Shown here in pieces: positions 47,086 through 56,933 of a stretch of DNA of 64,000 nucleotides. The DNA is taken from the NCBI RefSeq assembly GCF_017302275.1, contig NZ_JAFLDR010000016.1:22156-86155 (forward strand), in the 5' to 3' direction. The stretch comes from Sulfuritalea sp. Lineage in GTDB: Bacteria; Pseudomonadota; Gammaproteobacteria; Burkholderiales; Rhodocyclaceae. Numbering within the stretch: position 1 is the stretch's first letter; each line of letters opens with the position of its first letter. The notes beneath the pieces are model-generated. The model was not told the origin of the DNA. It searched no databases and saw only the letters and a program-made list of their open reading frames with translations. The position numbers were made by a program, and so were the translations under genes.

Positions 47086-48297
47086 TTAGATAACCCCATC
47101 GTTTCGCAACTGAACCAGATCTTCCGGGGAGTATCCGAGGCGACCGAGCAGCAGCTCCGTGTGCTCGCCAAGCTCCGGTCCCAGCCACTCGGTCTCACCC
47201 GGCGTCAAGGTCAGCTTCGGGACGATGCCAGGAATCAAAAACTCTTTTCCACCAGGTAGTTGGACCTTTTCCAGCATCTGGCGAGCGAGAAACTGGGGAT
47301 CACGGAACATGTCCGCCACCGAAAAAATCCGGCTGGCCGGCACCTGTGCCTGTGCTGCAATGCGCAAAACTGCTTCTTCGTCATTCGCCGCCACCCAGGC
47401 GTCGATCACGGCATAGATTTCCACGGCACGCGCATCGCGACCGGCGTTGCTGGCAAGCTGCGGATCGTCAGCAAGGTCGGCGCGACCAATCGCCCCCATC
47501 AGGCGCCTGAAGATCGCGTCGCCGTTGGCACCGATGATCAAGTGCTTGCCATCCCGGGTCGTGTGCGTATTCGAGGGCGTGATGCCCGGCATCACGTTGC
47601 CGGTGCGCTCGCGGACGAAGCCGAAGACGTCGAACTCGGGTACCAGGCTTTCCATCATTGCGAACACCGCTTCGTAGAGCGCTACATCGACCACCTGCCC
47701 GCCACCGCCTTTCACTTCGCGATGGCGCAGCGCCATGAGCGCTCCCAGGGCACCCCACAGTGCGGCAATCGAATCGCCTATGGAAATGCCGGTCTTGACC
47801 GGCGGCCGGTCGGCGAAGCCGGTGACGTAGCGCAGGCCACCCATGGACTCGCCGATGGCGCCGAAGCCCGGTTGGCTCGCCATCGGCCCGGTCTGGCCGA
47901 ATCCGGATAGGCGCACCATGACCAGCCCCGGATTGAGTGTCGATAGCGTCTCCCAGCCCAAGCCAAGTTTTTCCATGACGCCTGGCCGAAAATTCTCCAC
48001 CACGATGTCGGCCTCGGCAATCAGGCGCTTCGCGATCTCGATGCCTTCCGGATGCTTGAGGTTGAGCGCAAGGGATTGCTTGTTGCGCGCCTGAACGAAC
48101 CACCACAGCGAAGTTTCGCCATCGCCGGTGGGATACAGCTTGCGCCACTTGCGCAAGGGATCACCCTCCCCCGGCGCCTCGACCTTGACCACCTCGGCGC
48201 CGAATTCGCCAAGTATGCGCGAGCAGAACGGTCCGGCAATCAGTGTGCCGAACTCGATGACCTTGACGCCGGCAAGTGGCTTGGCGGTAGCGTTCAA
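47086..48297 (-). CDS. CaiB/BaiF (class III) CoA transferase
   Basis: IAGPF, GAEVVKVE, RNKQSL, ENFRPG, GFGQTGP, LGEHT; TTG start. Confidence 0.9.
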   Translation of the reverse strand: MNATAKPLAGVKVIEFGTLIAGPFCSRILGEFGAEVVKVEAPGEGDPLRKWRKLYPTGDGETSLWWFVQARNKQSLALNLKHPEGIEIAKRLIAEADIVVENFRPGVMEKLGLGWETLSTLNPGLVMVRLSGFGQTGPMASQPGFGAIGESMGGLRYVTGFADRPPVKTGISIGDSIAALWGALGALMALRHREVKGGGGQVVDVALYEAVFAMMESLVPEFDVFGFVRERTGNVMPGITPSNTHTTRDGKHLIIGANGDAIFRRLMGAIGRADLADDPQLASNAGRDARAVEIYAVIDAWVAANDEEAVLRIAAQAQVPASRIFSVADMFRDPQFLARQMLEKVQLPGGKEFLIPGIVPKLTLTPGETEWLGPELGEHTELLLGRLGYSPEDLVQLRNDGVI

Positions 48298-48406
48298 TCC
48301 AGACTCAAAGCTTGTGAAGAAATCGTCGCGAGCGGGCCGCAGCGGGGTGCGGCCGGAGTGCAGCTACCGGAACATATGTCGTTATATTTGAGGGCGAGGC
48401 GGGGTT

Positions 48407-48445
48407 TCGCGCCGCCGCAGCCGGCCGGCTGTGCGAAGCCGGCCG
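48407..48445 (+). repeat. Family 4 hairpin repeat
   Basis: TCGCGCCGCCGCAGCCGGCCGGCTGTGCGAAGCCGGCCG; matches 36585-36623 with a compensatory stem change. Confidence 0.7.
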
Positions 48446-48503
48446 CGGAAGAGCACCGCCCAAGCCCCGATCCGGCACGCGCAGTAGATTTATTCATAAG
48501 CTT

Positions 48504-49118
48504 TCAAACGAAGTCGCGCCGCTCGCGCAGCGCCTGCGCCACAGTCGCGGCGTCCGAGAATTCCAGTTCCCCGCCCACCGGCAGACCGCGCGCGATGCGG
48601 CTGACCTTCAGCCCGCGCGCGTGCAGCAGCTCCGAAAGGTAATGCGCCGTGGCCTCGCCTTCGTTGGTGAAATTAGTGGCGAGAATCACTTCACGCACCA
48701 AGCCGTCGGCGGCGCGCGAGAACAGGCGTTCGAAGGCCAGTTCCTTGGGCCCGATGCCGTCGAGCGGCGAGAGCCGGCCCATCAGCACGTAGTAGAGGCC
48801 GTTGTAGGCGTGGGCCTGCTCCATGCTGATTGCGTCGATCGGCATTTCGACAATGCACAGTTGCGTCGCATCGCGTCGCGACGAAAGGCAGCGTTCACAG
48901 ATTTCGGCCTCGGTGAAGTTGTTGCAGCGAGCACAGTGGTGCAGGTATTTCAGCGCCGCGTCGAGCCCTCGCGCGAGGCGGTCGGCGCCTTTGCGGTCGC
49001 GCTGCAGCAGGTGATAGGCCATGCGTTGCGCCGACTTCGGACCGACGCCAGGCAGACAACGCAAGGCCTCGATCAGTTCGTCGAGGCTAGACGCCACGCT
49101 GAGCCTCGAGGAACTCAT
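48504..49118 (-). CDS. recR: Recombination mediator RecR
   Basis: [12 protein letters not shown]4 zinc finger, TOPRIM ([11 protein letters not shown]), GLPVGGELE. Confidence 0.97.
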   Translation of the reverse strand: MSSSRLSVASSLDELIEALRCLPGVGPKSAQRMAYHLLQRDRKGADRLARGLDAALKYLHHCARCNNFTEAEICERCLSSRRDATQLCIVEMPIDAISMEQAHAYNGLYYVLMGRLSPLDGIGPKELAFERLFSRAADGLVREVILATNFTNEGEATAHYLSELLHARGLKVSRIARGLPVGGELEFSDAATVAQALRERRDFV

Positions 49119-49214
49119 CCAAACTACAACCTCCCCCTATCCCCCGCCAGTGGCGGGGGCTACTCATTTGCTCGCCTCGCTAGAAATCACGGGCCACGTC
49201 CGCCGCAACATAGC

Positions 49215-49538
49215 TCAGAACGGAAGTTTCATTCCAGGCGGAAGGTTGAGCCCGGCCGCGAAGCCACCCATCTTTTCCGCCGTCGTTGCTTCGGCGCGCC
49301 GGTTGGCGTCATTGAGTGCCGCCGCCACCAGGTCTTCCAGCATCTCCTTGTCGTCCATCACCGACGGATCGATCGTGACGCGCTTGACGTCGTGCTTGCA
49401 GGTCATCACCACCTTCACCGCCCCGGCGCCGGACTGGCCCTCGACCTCGATCTGCGCCAACTGTTCCTGCGCCTTCTCCATGTTGGCCTGCATCTGCTGG
49501 GCCTGCTTCATCAATCCGGCTATGCCACCCTTCATCAT
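49215..49538 (-). CDS. ybaB: YbaB/EbfC nucleoid-associated protein
   Basis: [30 protein letters not shown]; between dnaX and recR. Confidence 0.95.
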   Translation of the reverse strand: MMKGGIAGLMKQAQQMQANMEKAQEQLAQIEVEGQSGAGAVKVVMTCKHDVKRVTIDPSVMDDKEMLEDLVAAALNDANRRAEATTAEKMGGFAAGLNLPPGMKLPF

Positions 49539-49555
49539 GCTGTGTGCTCCTTGAA

Positions 49556-51178
49556 CTAAACGGGTTTGATCGTCGATTCGTCGATGCTGGCGTCGAACAG
49601 GTCCACCACCTCCCGAACGAAGGGGTCCTTTTCGATCGAGGCCACGGCCTTTTCCTGTCGTTCGCGCTGGGCGTTGCGGCTGCGTTCAGCCGGGGTTTCG
49701 GCCGCCGGTTCGGCAACGTCGATTTCCAGCCGCAGCGGGCGGCCGAAGTGGTTCTGCAATTCGCTTTGCAGCTTGTCCTGCTGCGCCTTGCCCAGCAGGT
49801 GCTTGTGCAGTGGCGCCAGACGGAGGCGAACCGAGGCATCACCGCGTTCGGCAAGCTCGCAGTGCTGGGCCAGTTGCCTTGCCATGCCGGTCAGCGATAG
49901 CTGCGCCACCAGGGCGTGCCAGTCGTTCTCGCCCGCAACCGGCGTGGCGGCGGGCGGCGTCGCTGGCACGCCTTGCCGTTGGCCTGCGGCTGCCGCGGGA
50001 TCGGGAGTCGGCGCTGGCGGTACGGCGGCTTTCGCCGGCGCGACTGGCACAGGCGTCGATTGACGCGGCGGCGCGGACGCGGCAACCGCAGCCGCGCGCT
50101 CCGGACGGAAGGCATGCAGGCGGAGCAGGCTCATGGCGAAACCGGCGTATTCGTCGGGCGCCAGACCAAGCTCATCGCGACCATGGACCGCGACCTGATA
50201 GGCCAGTTGCAGGTATTCGGCATCGAGGGCGCGAGCATAGGGAGTCAGGCGCTCACGCTCGGCGTCGTCCAGCAGCGCTTGCGGGGCGAACTGCGCCAGC
50301 GCGATGCGATGAAACAAGGTCGCCAGTTCCTGGAGGCCGCCGTCGAAGGACAGGCTGCGCGCATCCATCAGCCTGGCGACGTCGAGCATTGCCGACACAT
50401 CCTGCGCCACGAGCGCATCGAGCAGTGCGAACAGATGCTCGTCACCGACGGTGCCGAGCATCGCGCGCACCCCTTCGTCCTCGATCCTGCCCGCACCGTG
50501 GGCGATGGCCTGGTCGAGCAGCGACAGGGCATCGCGCATGCTTCCGGCCGCGCCTTTGGCCAGGTGGCGCAGGGCCGCGACTTCGAACGCCACGCCTTCC
50601 GCTTCGAGAACCCGCGACAGATGGTCGACAATCTGGGTTTGCGGCATCTGCTTCAGGTTGAACTGCAGGCAGCGCGAAAGAACCGTGACCGGAATCTTCT
50701 GCGGGTCGGTGGTGGCGAGGACGAACTTGACATGCTCCGGCGGTTCTTCCAGGGTCTTCAGCATCGCGTTGAAAGCGTGGCCGGAAAGTTGGTGCACCTC
50801 GTCAATGACATAGACCTTGAAGCGCCCGATGGTCGGCGCGTAGGTGGCGCGTTCGAGCAATTGCGTCATGTCATCCACCCCGCGGTTCGACGCCGCATCG
50901 AGTTCGATGTAATCGACGAAGCGACCGCTGTCGATTGCCGCACAGGCGGAACACTTGCCACATGGCGTGGAACTGACGCCGGTCTCGCAGTTCAGGGCCT
51001 TGGCCATGATGCGCGCCAGCGTGGTCTTGCCGACGCCCCGTGTCCCGGTGAAAAGGTAGGCGTGGTGGAGGCGGTTTTGGTCCAGCGCATGAGTCAGCGC
51101 CCGTACCACGTGCTCCTGGCCAACCAGTGTGGCGAAGGACTTGGGGCGCCACTTGCGGGCGAGGACCTGATAACTCAT
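49556..51178 (-). CDS. dnaX: DNA polymerase III subunit gamma/tau
   Basis: [42 protein letters not shown]. Confidence 0.97.
   Translation of the reverse strand: MSYQVLARKWRPKSFATLVGQEHVVRALTHALDQNRLHHAYLFTGTRGVGKTTLARIMAKALNCETGVSSTPCGKCSACAAIDSGRFVDYIELDAASNRGVDDMTQLLERATYAPTIGRFKVYVIDEVHQLSGHAFNAMLKTLEEPPEHVKFVLATTDPQKIPVTVLSRCLQFNLKQMPQTQIVDHLSRVLEAEGVAFEVAALRHLAKGAAGSMRDALSLLDQAIAHGAGRIEDEGVRAMLGTVGDEHLFALLDALVAQDVSAMLDVARLMDARSLSFDGGLQELATLFHRIALAQFAPQALLDDAERERLTPYARALDAEYLQLAYQVAVHGRDELGLAPDEYAGFAMSLLRLHAFRPERAAAVAASAPPRQSTPVPVAPAKAAVPPAPTPDPAAAAGQRQGVPATPPAATPVAGENDWHALVAQLSLTGMARQLAQHCELAERGDASVRLRLAPLHKHLLGKAQQDKLQSELQNHFGRPLRLEIDVAEPAAETPAERSRNAQRERQEKAVASIEKDPFVREVVDLFDASIDESTIKPV
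50003..50025 (+). repeat. Dispersed 23-bp motif, short form inside dnaX linker
   Basis: GGGAGTCGGCGCTGGCGGTACGG; encodes VPPAPTP on the minus strand. Confidence 0.8.
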
Positions 51179-51209
51179 GCGACGATTTTATCAGGGCGTG
51201 CACGGCAAA

Positions 51210-51243
51210 CGGGGCAGCCCGCGCAAACAGGCTGCCCCGCTTT
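51210..51243 (-). terminator. Hairpin/terminator after the Spy-like gene
   Basis: CGGGGCAGCC...GGCTGCCCCG perfect 10-bp stem. Confidence 0.65.
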
Positions 51244-51258
51244 CCACTCTGGAATCGC

Positions 51259-51801
51259 CTAGCTCTTGTGTCCTTCGTGGCCGACAGGTGCGCCGGGGCC
51301 CTCGCCCCTGGGGCCGCCGCGACCAGGACCGTTACGGCCCTTGCCCATGGCACTGAAGTGCTTGTCCGCCATGGCCTTCTGCTCGGGGCTCAAATCGGCG
51401 TAGAGGCGCTTGAAGGATTCATTCACGGTTTCCATCGCGGCTACGCGCTCCTTCATCCTGCTTTGCATCAGCGCCATCCGATCGGGTGCGCTGAGCGGTT
51501 TGTCGTCCGCCATGCGCTCGCGCATCGCCTGCATGGCCTTGCCGGCTTCAGCCTTCGACCGCTCAGCGAAAACCTGCCACAGCGGTTCCTGTTGCCGGGT
51601 CAGCTTGAGTTCGCTTTTCAGGCGATTCAGGCGCTGCTCGACCCGAGCCACCGGATCGACCATCCCGTCCCTCTGCATCGAACTGCGCTTCATGCCCGGA
51701 CGGCCTTCGCCATCGCATCCCGGACCCTGTGCATGGGCGATGCCAAAAAATGCGGCGCTGGCGGCAACGAAGCCCGCGACGAGTAGTTCCTTCCGGTTCA
51801 T
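51259..51801 (-). CDS. Spy/CpxP family periplasmic chaperone (LTXXQ motif)
   Basis: Signal peptide; LKLTRQQ and LSPEQK motifs; Gly/Met/Arg-rich ends. Confidence 0.85.
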   Translation of the reverse strand: MNRKELLVAGFVAASAAFFGIAHAQGPGCDGEGRPGMKRSSMQRDGMVDPVARVEQRLNRLKSELKLTRQQEPLWQVFAERSKAEAGKAMQAMRERMADDKPLSAPDRMALMQSRMKERVAAMETVNESFKRLYADLSPEQKAMADKHFSAMGKGRNGPGRGGPRGEGPGAPVGHEGHKS

Positions 51802-51923
51802 GTTCTGCTCCTGTCTTGAATGCCTCATGGCAGAACGTATTTGAACGATGACCTGTAAGCCCGATGTGACCGGGCGGCAATCTTTGTAAGGGAAAGTTGC
51901 CAAACAATGACTGCGCAAATGGA

Positions 51924-52029
51924 GGTGCGGCGAGCCTGACCCCCGGCACTTGCAGAAAACGGCTGTGGCTGCTTCCTTCCGGACCTGACCAGGTTCACCG
52001 CCCCGCAATGCGGGGAGACCCGCCGCACC
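51924..52029 (-). ncRNA. ffs: Signal recognition particle RNA (4.5S)
   Basis: Conserved GGTCAGGTCCGGAAGGAAGCAGCC core; terminal GGTGCGGCG/CGCCGCACC pairing; near dnaX. Confidence 0.93.
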
Positions 52030-52149
52030 AAGATTTTAGCAGCTTTCGATTGCGGTCCCTGATAACCCTGGCAGTACGCTGTCGCGGCAAACGAAACAGC
52101 CTCGGCACAGACGAGCACGGATCCTTCACGGTCGAAGCGCGACAGAGGA

Positions 52150-52500
52150 TCAGCGCAAAACCCGGCAAGCTACAGCCATCTTTTCCGACATGCCCCCCGG
52201 AACCTTGCTGTTTTTGCTCTCAAGCGTGCACCACCCGGCCTCCACCTTTATCCCGGTTACCATGAAACTATCGGAGACCATCCCGCTATCGCGTTGGTAC
52301 TGAAAAGGAATCACGTCACCGACGCTGATGATTTCCGGAAGCCGTATGCCACCATACCGCCCGCCGCCGGTGGGTCCGGCTTCCGAGGGCCGATCCAAGC
52401 CTGCAAGCCCCTGCGGTGCGATGGAGATCGCCGTTTCCTGAGCGGTTGCCAACGGCGACCAACATAGGAAAAGTGCAATGGAAATGAGATTCTTCTTCAT
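52150..52500 (-). CDS. Hypothetical exported protein
   Basis: Signal peptide MKKNLISIALFLCWSPLATA; AT-richer than flanks. Confidence 0.65.
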   Translation of the reverse strand: MKKNLISIALFLCWSPLATAQETAISIAPQGLAGLDRPSEAGPTGGGRYGGIRLPEIISVGDVIPFQYQRDSGMVSDSFMVTGIKVEAGWCTLESKNSKVPGGMSEKMAVACRVLR

Positions 52501-52590
52501 GGCCCGGCTCCCGAATGGTTTAGTTGCTGCCCAAAAGCGTAGTCCTGTTCGCAGCGAAAGTCATGGGCATGCTTCACGTCGGAGTCGACG

Positions 52591-52866
52591 TCAACCACCG
52601 CCGCGCTGGTAATAGAGCGTGAAGCGTTGCATGAAGCGTTCCTGCTCCTCCACGCTCAATCCGTCGAAGTCGATTTCGACGCGATGACGTTCGAGCCGCA
52701 CAAGGCCGATCTCCAGTGGCGCGATGCGAGTCAGCCGAAGCGACCAGCCGCTGCCGCGAAAGCCGCCATCCATTTCGTCGATCGCGTTCTGGCCGGTGGC
52801 CAGTGGCAACAGGCGCACGAAATCGTCACGCGTGGTTGTCGCGTCGTAGGCAAACGGGAATCTCAT
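52591..52866 (-). CDS. Small protein at end of AOR operon (AorE-like)
   Basis: ATGA overlap with the MoaD-like gene; ends YQRGGG. Confidence 0.65.
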   Translation of the reverse strand: MRFPFAYDATTTRDDFVRLLPLATGQNAIDEMDGGFRGSGWSLRLTRIAPLEIGLVRLERHRVEIDFDGLSVEEQERFMQRFTLYYQRGGG

Positions 52867-53117
52867 CCGCCCGCTACGGGTGGCCAGATCGCCAGTGTTT
52901 CACCGTCACGCAATATGCGCCCGGCGCGCTCCGCCGGCGGCACGAAGTTGCCATCGATCAGAACCAGATGCACCAGCTTTTCGGGCAGGCTGAAGCGCGT
53001 GATGAGTTGATCGACCGTGGGCGCTTCCGCCAGGTCCAGGCTCAACGCATTGGTTTTCCTCCCCTCCGGGGGCAGGTAATCCTGGAGCGTGGCAAAGAGC
53101 TTGAAGGTGACCTTCAT
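52863..53117 (-). CDS. MoaD/ThiS family sulfur carrier (AorD-like)
   Basis: KLFATL, LAIWPPVAGG C-terminal di-glycine. Confidence 0.9.
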   Translation of the reverse strand: MKVTFKLFATLQDYLPPEGRKTNALSLDLAEAPTVDQLITRFSLPEKLVHLVLIDGNFVPPAERAGRILRDGETLAIWPPVAGG

Positions 53118-54367
53118 GCGGCTTTCTGCGCGGTGGCCAGGTAGGCGGCCATGAATTGCGTCGGGTCGGCGAGCAGGCGGGCCTTCCATTGGCCCAGCGG
53201 CGCCTGCGTCTGCACCAGGCCGCGCAGGGCGCCGACATGGTCGGTCCAGCCGATGCTGGTGGCGCCGATCAGCACGTCGTCCTTGAACTGCAGCGAGAGG
53301 TAGCCGTTTCTGGCCGGATCGACCCGTTCCACGCCGGACCCGCCCGCGGCGGCCGGCACGCCCTGCCACTGGCCGAAGGAGGTGGAGATCAGCCCCAGGG
53401 TGTCGAGCACGTTGATCGCCAGACTGCCGCCGCTGCTGGAGGCGCCACCGGCCATGTTGTGCGCGGCGACGCGCGCCTGGTCAACGGCATTGGGCTGGAT
53501 GGCGTTGAGTTCGGGCTGCCCGGTATGGAAACCCGGGGCTTCGGTGACGTCGCCGGCGGCATAGATGTCGGCGATGCTGGTGCGCATCGCGTTGTCGACC
53601 CGGATCCCGCGCTCCATGCTGATGCCGCTGCCGGCAAGGAATTCGATGTTGGGCCGCACGCCGGCGGCGCAGATGACCAGGTCGGCCGTAAGTTCGCCGC
53701 CGGTACTGAGCGTGACCGCAAGGGCGCCGTCTTTTTGCGCCACCGCGGTGACGCCGGTGTTGCAATGCACCGCCACCCCCTTGCCTTCGACCCAGGTCTT
53801 GATCATGGCGCCGGCGGTCGGGGTCATCATGCGCGGTACCATGCGGTCGCCCATTTCGACGACGGTGAGCGTGACGCCACGCGCGGCAAGCGCTTCCATG
53901 ATGATGCAGCCGATGAAGCCGGCGCCCAGTTGCAGTACGCGGCTGCCCGGCTTGGCCTTGGCCGCAATCGCCCGGGCGTCTTCCAGGGTCCAGCAGGTGT
54001 GCACGTTGGGCAGGTCGATGCCGGGCACCGGCGGCAGGATCGGCCGCGAGCCGGTGGCGATCAGGAGCCGGTCATAGGGCAGCCGGTCGCCGCTGGCGAA
54101 TTCGATCTGCCTGGCCTGGGGATCGACCCGGGTGACGCGCCCTTCGATCAAGTGGATGCCGTGTTTGGCGTAGTGGTCGTGGGCCTTCCTCAAATGGGTG
54201 CCGACTTCGGCAATGTTACCGTGCAGGAAATAGGGGATCGCCATGCGCGAGTACGGCGGTTCCTTCTCGTCGCCGATGAGGGCGATCTCGGCCTCGGGTT
54301 GCAGCCGACGCAGGGTTTCGGCGGCGACCAGTCCGGTCGGGCCATTGCCGATGATGACGTGTTTCAT
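53114..54367 (-). CDS. FAD/NAD(P)-dependent oxidoreductase (AorC-like)
   Basis: IIGNGPTG, PYSR, LLIATGSRP, GAGFIG, IYAAGDV. Confidence 0.88.
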   Translation of the reverse strand: MKHVIIGNGPTGLVAAETLRRLQPEAEIALIGDEKEPPYSRMAIPYFLHGNIAEVGTHLRKAHDHYAKHGIHLIEGRVTRVDPQARQIEFASGDRLPYDRLLIATGSRPILPPVPGIDLPNVHTCWTLEDARAIAAKAKPGSRVLQLGAGFIGCIIMEALAARGVTLTVVEMGDRMVPRMMTPTAGAMIKTWVEGKGVAVHCNTGVTAVAQKDGALAVTLSTGGELTADLVICAAGVRPNIEFLAGSGISMERGIRVDNAMRTSIADIYAAGDVTEAPGFHTGQPELNAIQPNAVDQARVAAHNMAGGASSSGGSLAINVLDTLGLISTSFGQWQGVPAAAGGSGVERVDPARNGYLSLQFKDDVLIGATSIGWTDHVGALRGLVQTQAPLGQWKARLLADPTQFMAAYLATAQKAA

Positions 54368-54430
54368 GGGGTTTCCTTGAAAGCGATCAGGGGACCGGCT
54401 GGGCCGATCCCCTGAAGGGTGGGGCAGGAG

Positions 54431-56281
54431 TTACAGGCCGAGGCGATCCAGGGTTTCCTTGGTCGGCACGCCTTCGGGCGACCAGCCACGCACCTTGTAG
54501 TACTCGGGTCGCATCTTGTCGACGCCATTGACCAGACCCTTGGCCGGACCGGTCTTGGCCGGCTCGTTCTTCAGCCGCGGCGGCAGGTCGTCGTCCTTGG
54601 CGGTGAAGCCGGCGGCGTTGTTGAAGACGCGTTCCATGTTCCATACGCGCTCGCCCAGGAGCGCCAGCTTTTCCATGGTCCAGTTGCCTTCGCAGGCGGC
54701 GTCGAGTTGCGGTTGCAGGTCGGCCAGCGTCCAGGCGAAGGTGGTGAACACGCAGACGCCGGCACTGTCGAATACGCTGGTGGCGTCCTGGAAGGCCTTG
54801 ACGAGATCGGCCTTGCCTTCGGTGACCAGCGGATCGGTCTTGACCGGGATGCCCAGCACTTCGGAGGCGACAGTGTAGCCACGCAGGTGGCAGGCGCCCC
54901 GGTTGGAGGTGGCGTAGGCCAGCCCCATGCCCTGGATGCCGCGGCTGTCGTAGGCAGGGAATTCCTGGCTCTTGACGCCCATCGACAGTTCCGGGCGGCC
55001 GTACTTGGCGCACAGGCGTGCCGAGCCCAGGCCAAGTTCCTTGCCGAAGCCCTCGCCCTTGGCCGTCATCTCGGCCAGCGTGATCAGGGCCTGCGCGGAA
55101 CCGAAGGGGGCTTCGAGGCCGATCTGTTCCTTGGTCAGGATGCCCAGGTCGTAGAGTTCCATGGCCGCGGCCACGGTGGCACCGAAGGAGATGGGGTCGA
55201 AACCGTCTTCGTTGCACAGGACGTTGGCGTATTGCAGGGCTTCCAGGTCGCCCACGCCGTTGGCCGAGCCCAACGCCCAGGCGGCTTCGTATTCGAGACC
55301 GCCGGAGGCGCCCCAGTATTCGGGCTTGTTCACGACGCTGAAGTGGGTTTCGTCGATCCTGGAGATGCGCCCGCAGGCAATGGTGCAGCCAAAGCAGGCG
55401 GCATTCGTCACCAGGTGGCTCTTGCCGTCGGTGGGCCGCTTCTCGTGCATGGCTTCACCGGAAATCTTGCGCGCATCCTCGAACTGCACATCGCGGTGAT
55501 TGCGCGTGGGCAAGGCGCCCATTTCGTTGATGACGTTCATCAGGACCTGGGTGCCGTAGGTCGGCAGGCCCTGCCCGGTGACGGCGTTGTCGGCGAGGAC
55601 TTTCTTGGCGGCCTTGGTGGCAGCCATGAAGGCTTTGGGGTCCTTGATCGCGCCGCCGCTGCCCTTGGTGCCGCGCACGGCGACGGCCTTGAGGTTCTTG
55701 GCTCCCATCACGGTGCCGACCCCGGAACGCCCGGCGGCGCGGTGCAGATCGTTGACGATGCAGGCGAACTTGACGCCGCTCTCGCCGGCGCGACCGATGG
55801 AGCAGATCCGCATCTGCGGGTCCTGGTGGCTCTTCTTGATGATTTCTTCAGTCTGGAACACGGTCTTGCCCCACAGGTGGGCAGCGTCGCGCAGTTCGAC
55901 CTTGTCGTCTTCGATGGAGAGATACACGGGCTTGGCGGCCTTGCCTTCGAAGATGATCATGTCCCAGCCGGCAAACTTGAGTTCGGCGCCAAAGTAGCCG
56001 CCGGAGTTGGAGCAGGCGATGGCGCCGGTCAGGGCCCCCTTGGTGACGACGGAGTAGCGTCCGCCGGTGGAGGCAACCGTGCCGGTCAGGGGGCCGGTGG
56101 TCATGATGAGCTTGTTGTCGGGCGAGAGGGGATCGACTTTGGGGTCGACTTCTTCAACGAAATACTTGGTGGCGAGCCCGCGCTGCCCCAGGTATTCTTG
56201 GGCCCATTCCATGTTGAGGGCTTCGGTCTTGCAGCTGCCGGTGCTCAGATTCACGCGCAGAAATTTCTTGTTCCAGGCCAT
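54431..56281 (-). CDS. Tungsten-dependent aldehyde:ferredoxin oxidoreductase catalytic subunit (AorB-like)
   Basis: SNSGG, RAAGRSGVGTVMGAKNLKAV, CFGCTIACGR, EYE, YDSRG, RGACH, DDDLP, YY..RGW. Confidence 0.93.
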   Translation of the reverse strand: MAWNKKFLRVNLSTGSCKTEALNMEWAQEYLGQRGLATKYFVEEVDPKVDPLSPDNKLIMTTGPLTGTVASTGGRYSVVTKGALTGAIACSNSGGYFGAELKFAGWDMIIFEGKAAKPVYLSIEDDKVELRDAAHLWGKTVFQTEEIIKKSHQDPQMRICSIGRAGESGVKFACIVNDLHRAAGRSGVGTVMGAKNLKAVAVRGTKGSGGAIKDPKAFMAATKAAKKVLADNAVTGQGLPTYGTQVLMNVINEMGALPTRNHRDVQFEDARKISGEAMHEKRPTDGKSHLVTNAACFGCTIACGRISRIDETHFSVVNKPEYWGASGGLEYEAAWALGSANGVGDLEALQYANVLCNEDGFDPISFGATVAAAMELYDLGILTKEQIGLEAPFGSAQALITLAEMTAKGEGFGKELGLGSARLCAKYGRPELSMGVKSQEFPAYDSRGIQGMGLAYATSNRGACHLRGYTVASEVLGIPVKTDPLVTEGKADLVKAFQDATSVFDSAGVCVFTTFAWTLADLQPQLDAACEGNWTMEKLALLGERVWNMERVFNNAAGFTAKDDDLPPRLKNEPAKTGPAKGLVNGVDKMRPEYYKVRGWSPEGVPTKETLDRLGL

Positions 56282-56292
56282 GTCGGTCTCCT

Positions 56293-56772
56293 TTAAGCGC
56301 CAGCGCGCGGTTGGGTGTCGGTCTTGCCGGCCCAGGCCCGCATCTTGTCGAGCCCCGTCCAGTCGGCAGCGACGTAGGTGATGGCACCCGTCGGGCAGGC
56401 GTCGGCACAGGCCGGCTCGCCTCCGCACAGGTCGCATTTCTGCACCTTGCCGGTCGCGACGACATAGTTCACCGTGCCAAACGGGCAGGCAATGGTGCAT
56501 ACCTTGCACCCGACGCAGACGTCTTCATGCACGACCTTCGCCCCCGTCTTGCCATCGATCCGGATCGCATCAACCGGGCACGCCGTCATGCACCACGCTT
56601 CCGCACATTGCGTGCAGGTGTACGGCACCTTCCGCCCCGCATGCTCGAAATTGAATACCTTGATCCGCGACTTGGAGATGTTGAACACCCCATGGTTCTC
56701 GTACGAACACGCCATCTCGCATTGCAGACAGCCCGTGCATTTGTTGGGATCGATGTGCAACGATTTTTGCAT
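56293..56772 (-). CDS. 4Fe-4S dicluster electron-transfer subunit (AorA-like)
   Basis: CTGCLQCEMAC, CTQC..AWCMTACP, CVGCKVCTIACP, CDLC....CADACP. Confidence 0.92.
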   Translation of the reverse strand: MQKSLHIDPNKCTGCLQCEMACSYENHGVFNISKSRIKVFNFEHAGRKVPYTCTQCAEAWCMTACPVDAIRIDGKTGAKVVHEDVCVGCKVCTIACPFGTVNYVVATGKVQKCDLCGGEPACADACPTGAITYVAADWTGLDKMRAWAGKTDTQPRAGA

Positions 56773-56933
56773 GATGCCTCCGGTAATTGGTTGCGGCGCA
56801 AGCGCCTTTCGGCTCGCACCAAGCTGGCTCAAACGCGGGCCGGTATATGCGACCGAATGCCTATTCTAGGCCGCGGAAAATTTTGACATGCAAACTTTCG
56901 ATGCTGCTTAGCAGCATGGCCTGACGGGAAAGA

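Noticed and set aside
49556-51178. Programmed -1 frameshift in dnaX
   Set aside because: No A-AAA-AAG slippery run or long A-tract was seen in the linker region
4960-52560. Possible cassette recombination sites flanking the AT-richer single-gene islets (~4985-5010, ~27895-27925, ~52040-52055, ~52525-52550)
   Set aside because: Only vague resemblance to one another; no alignment could be made by eye and no recombinase is present
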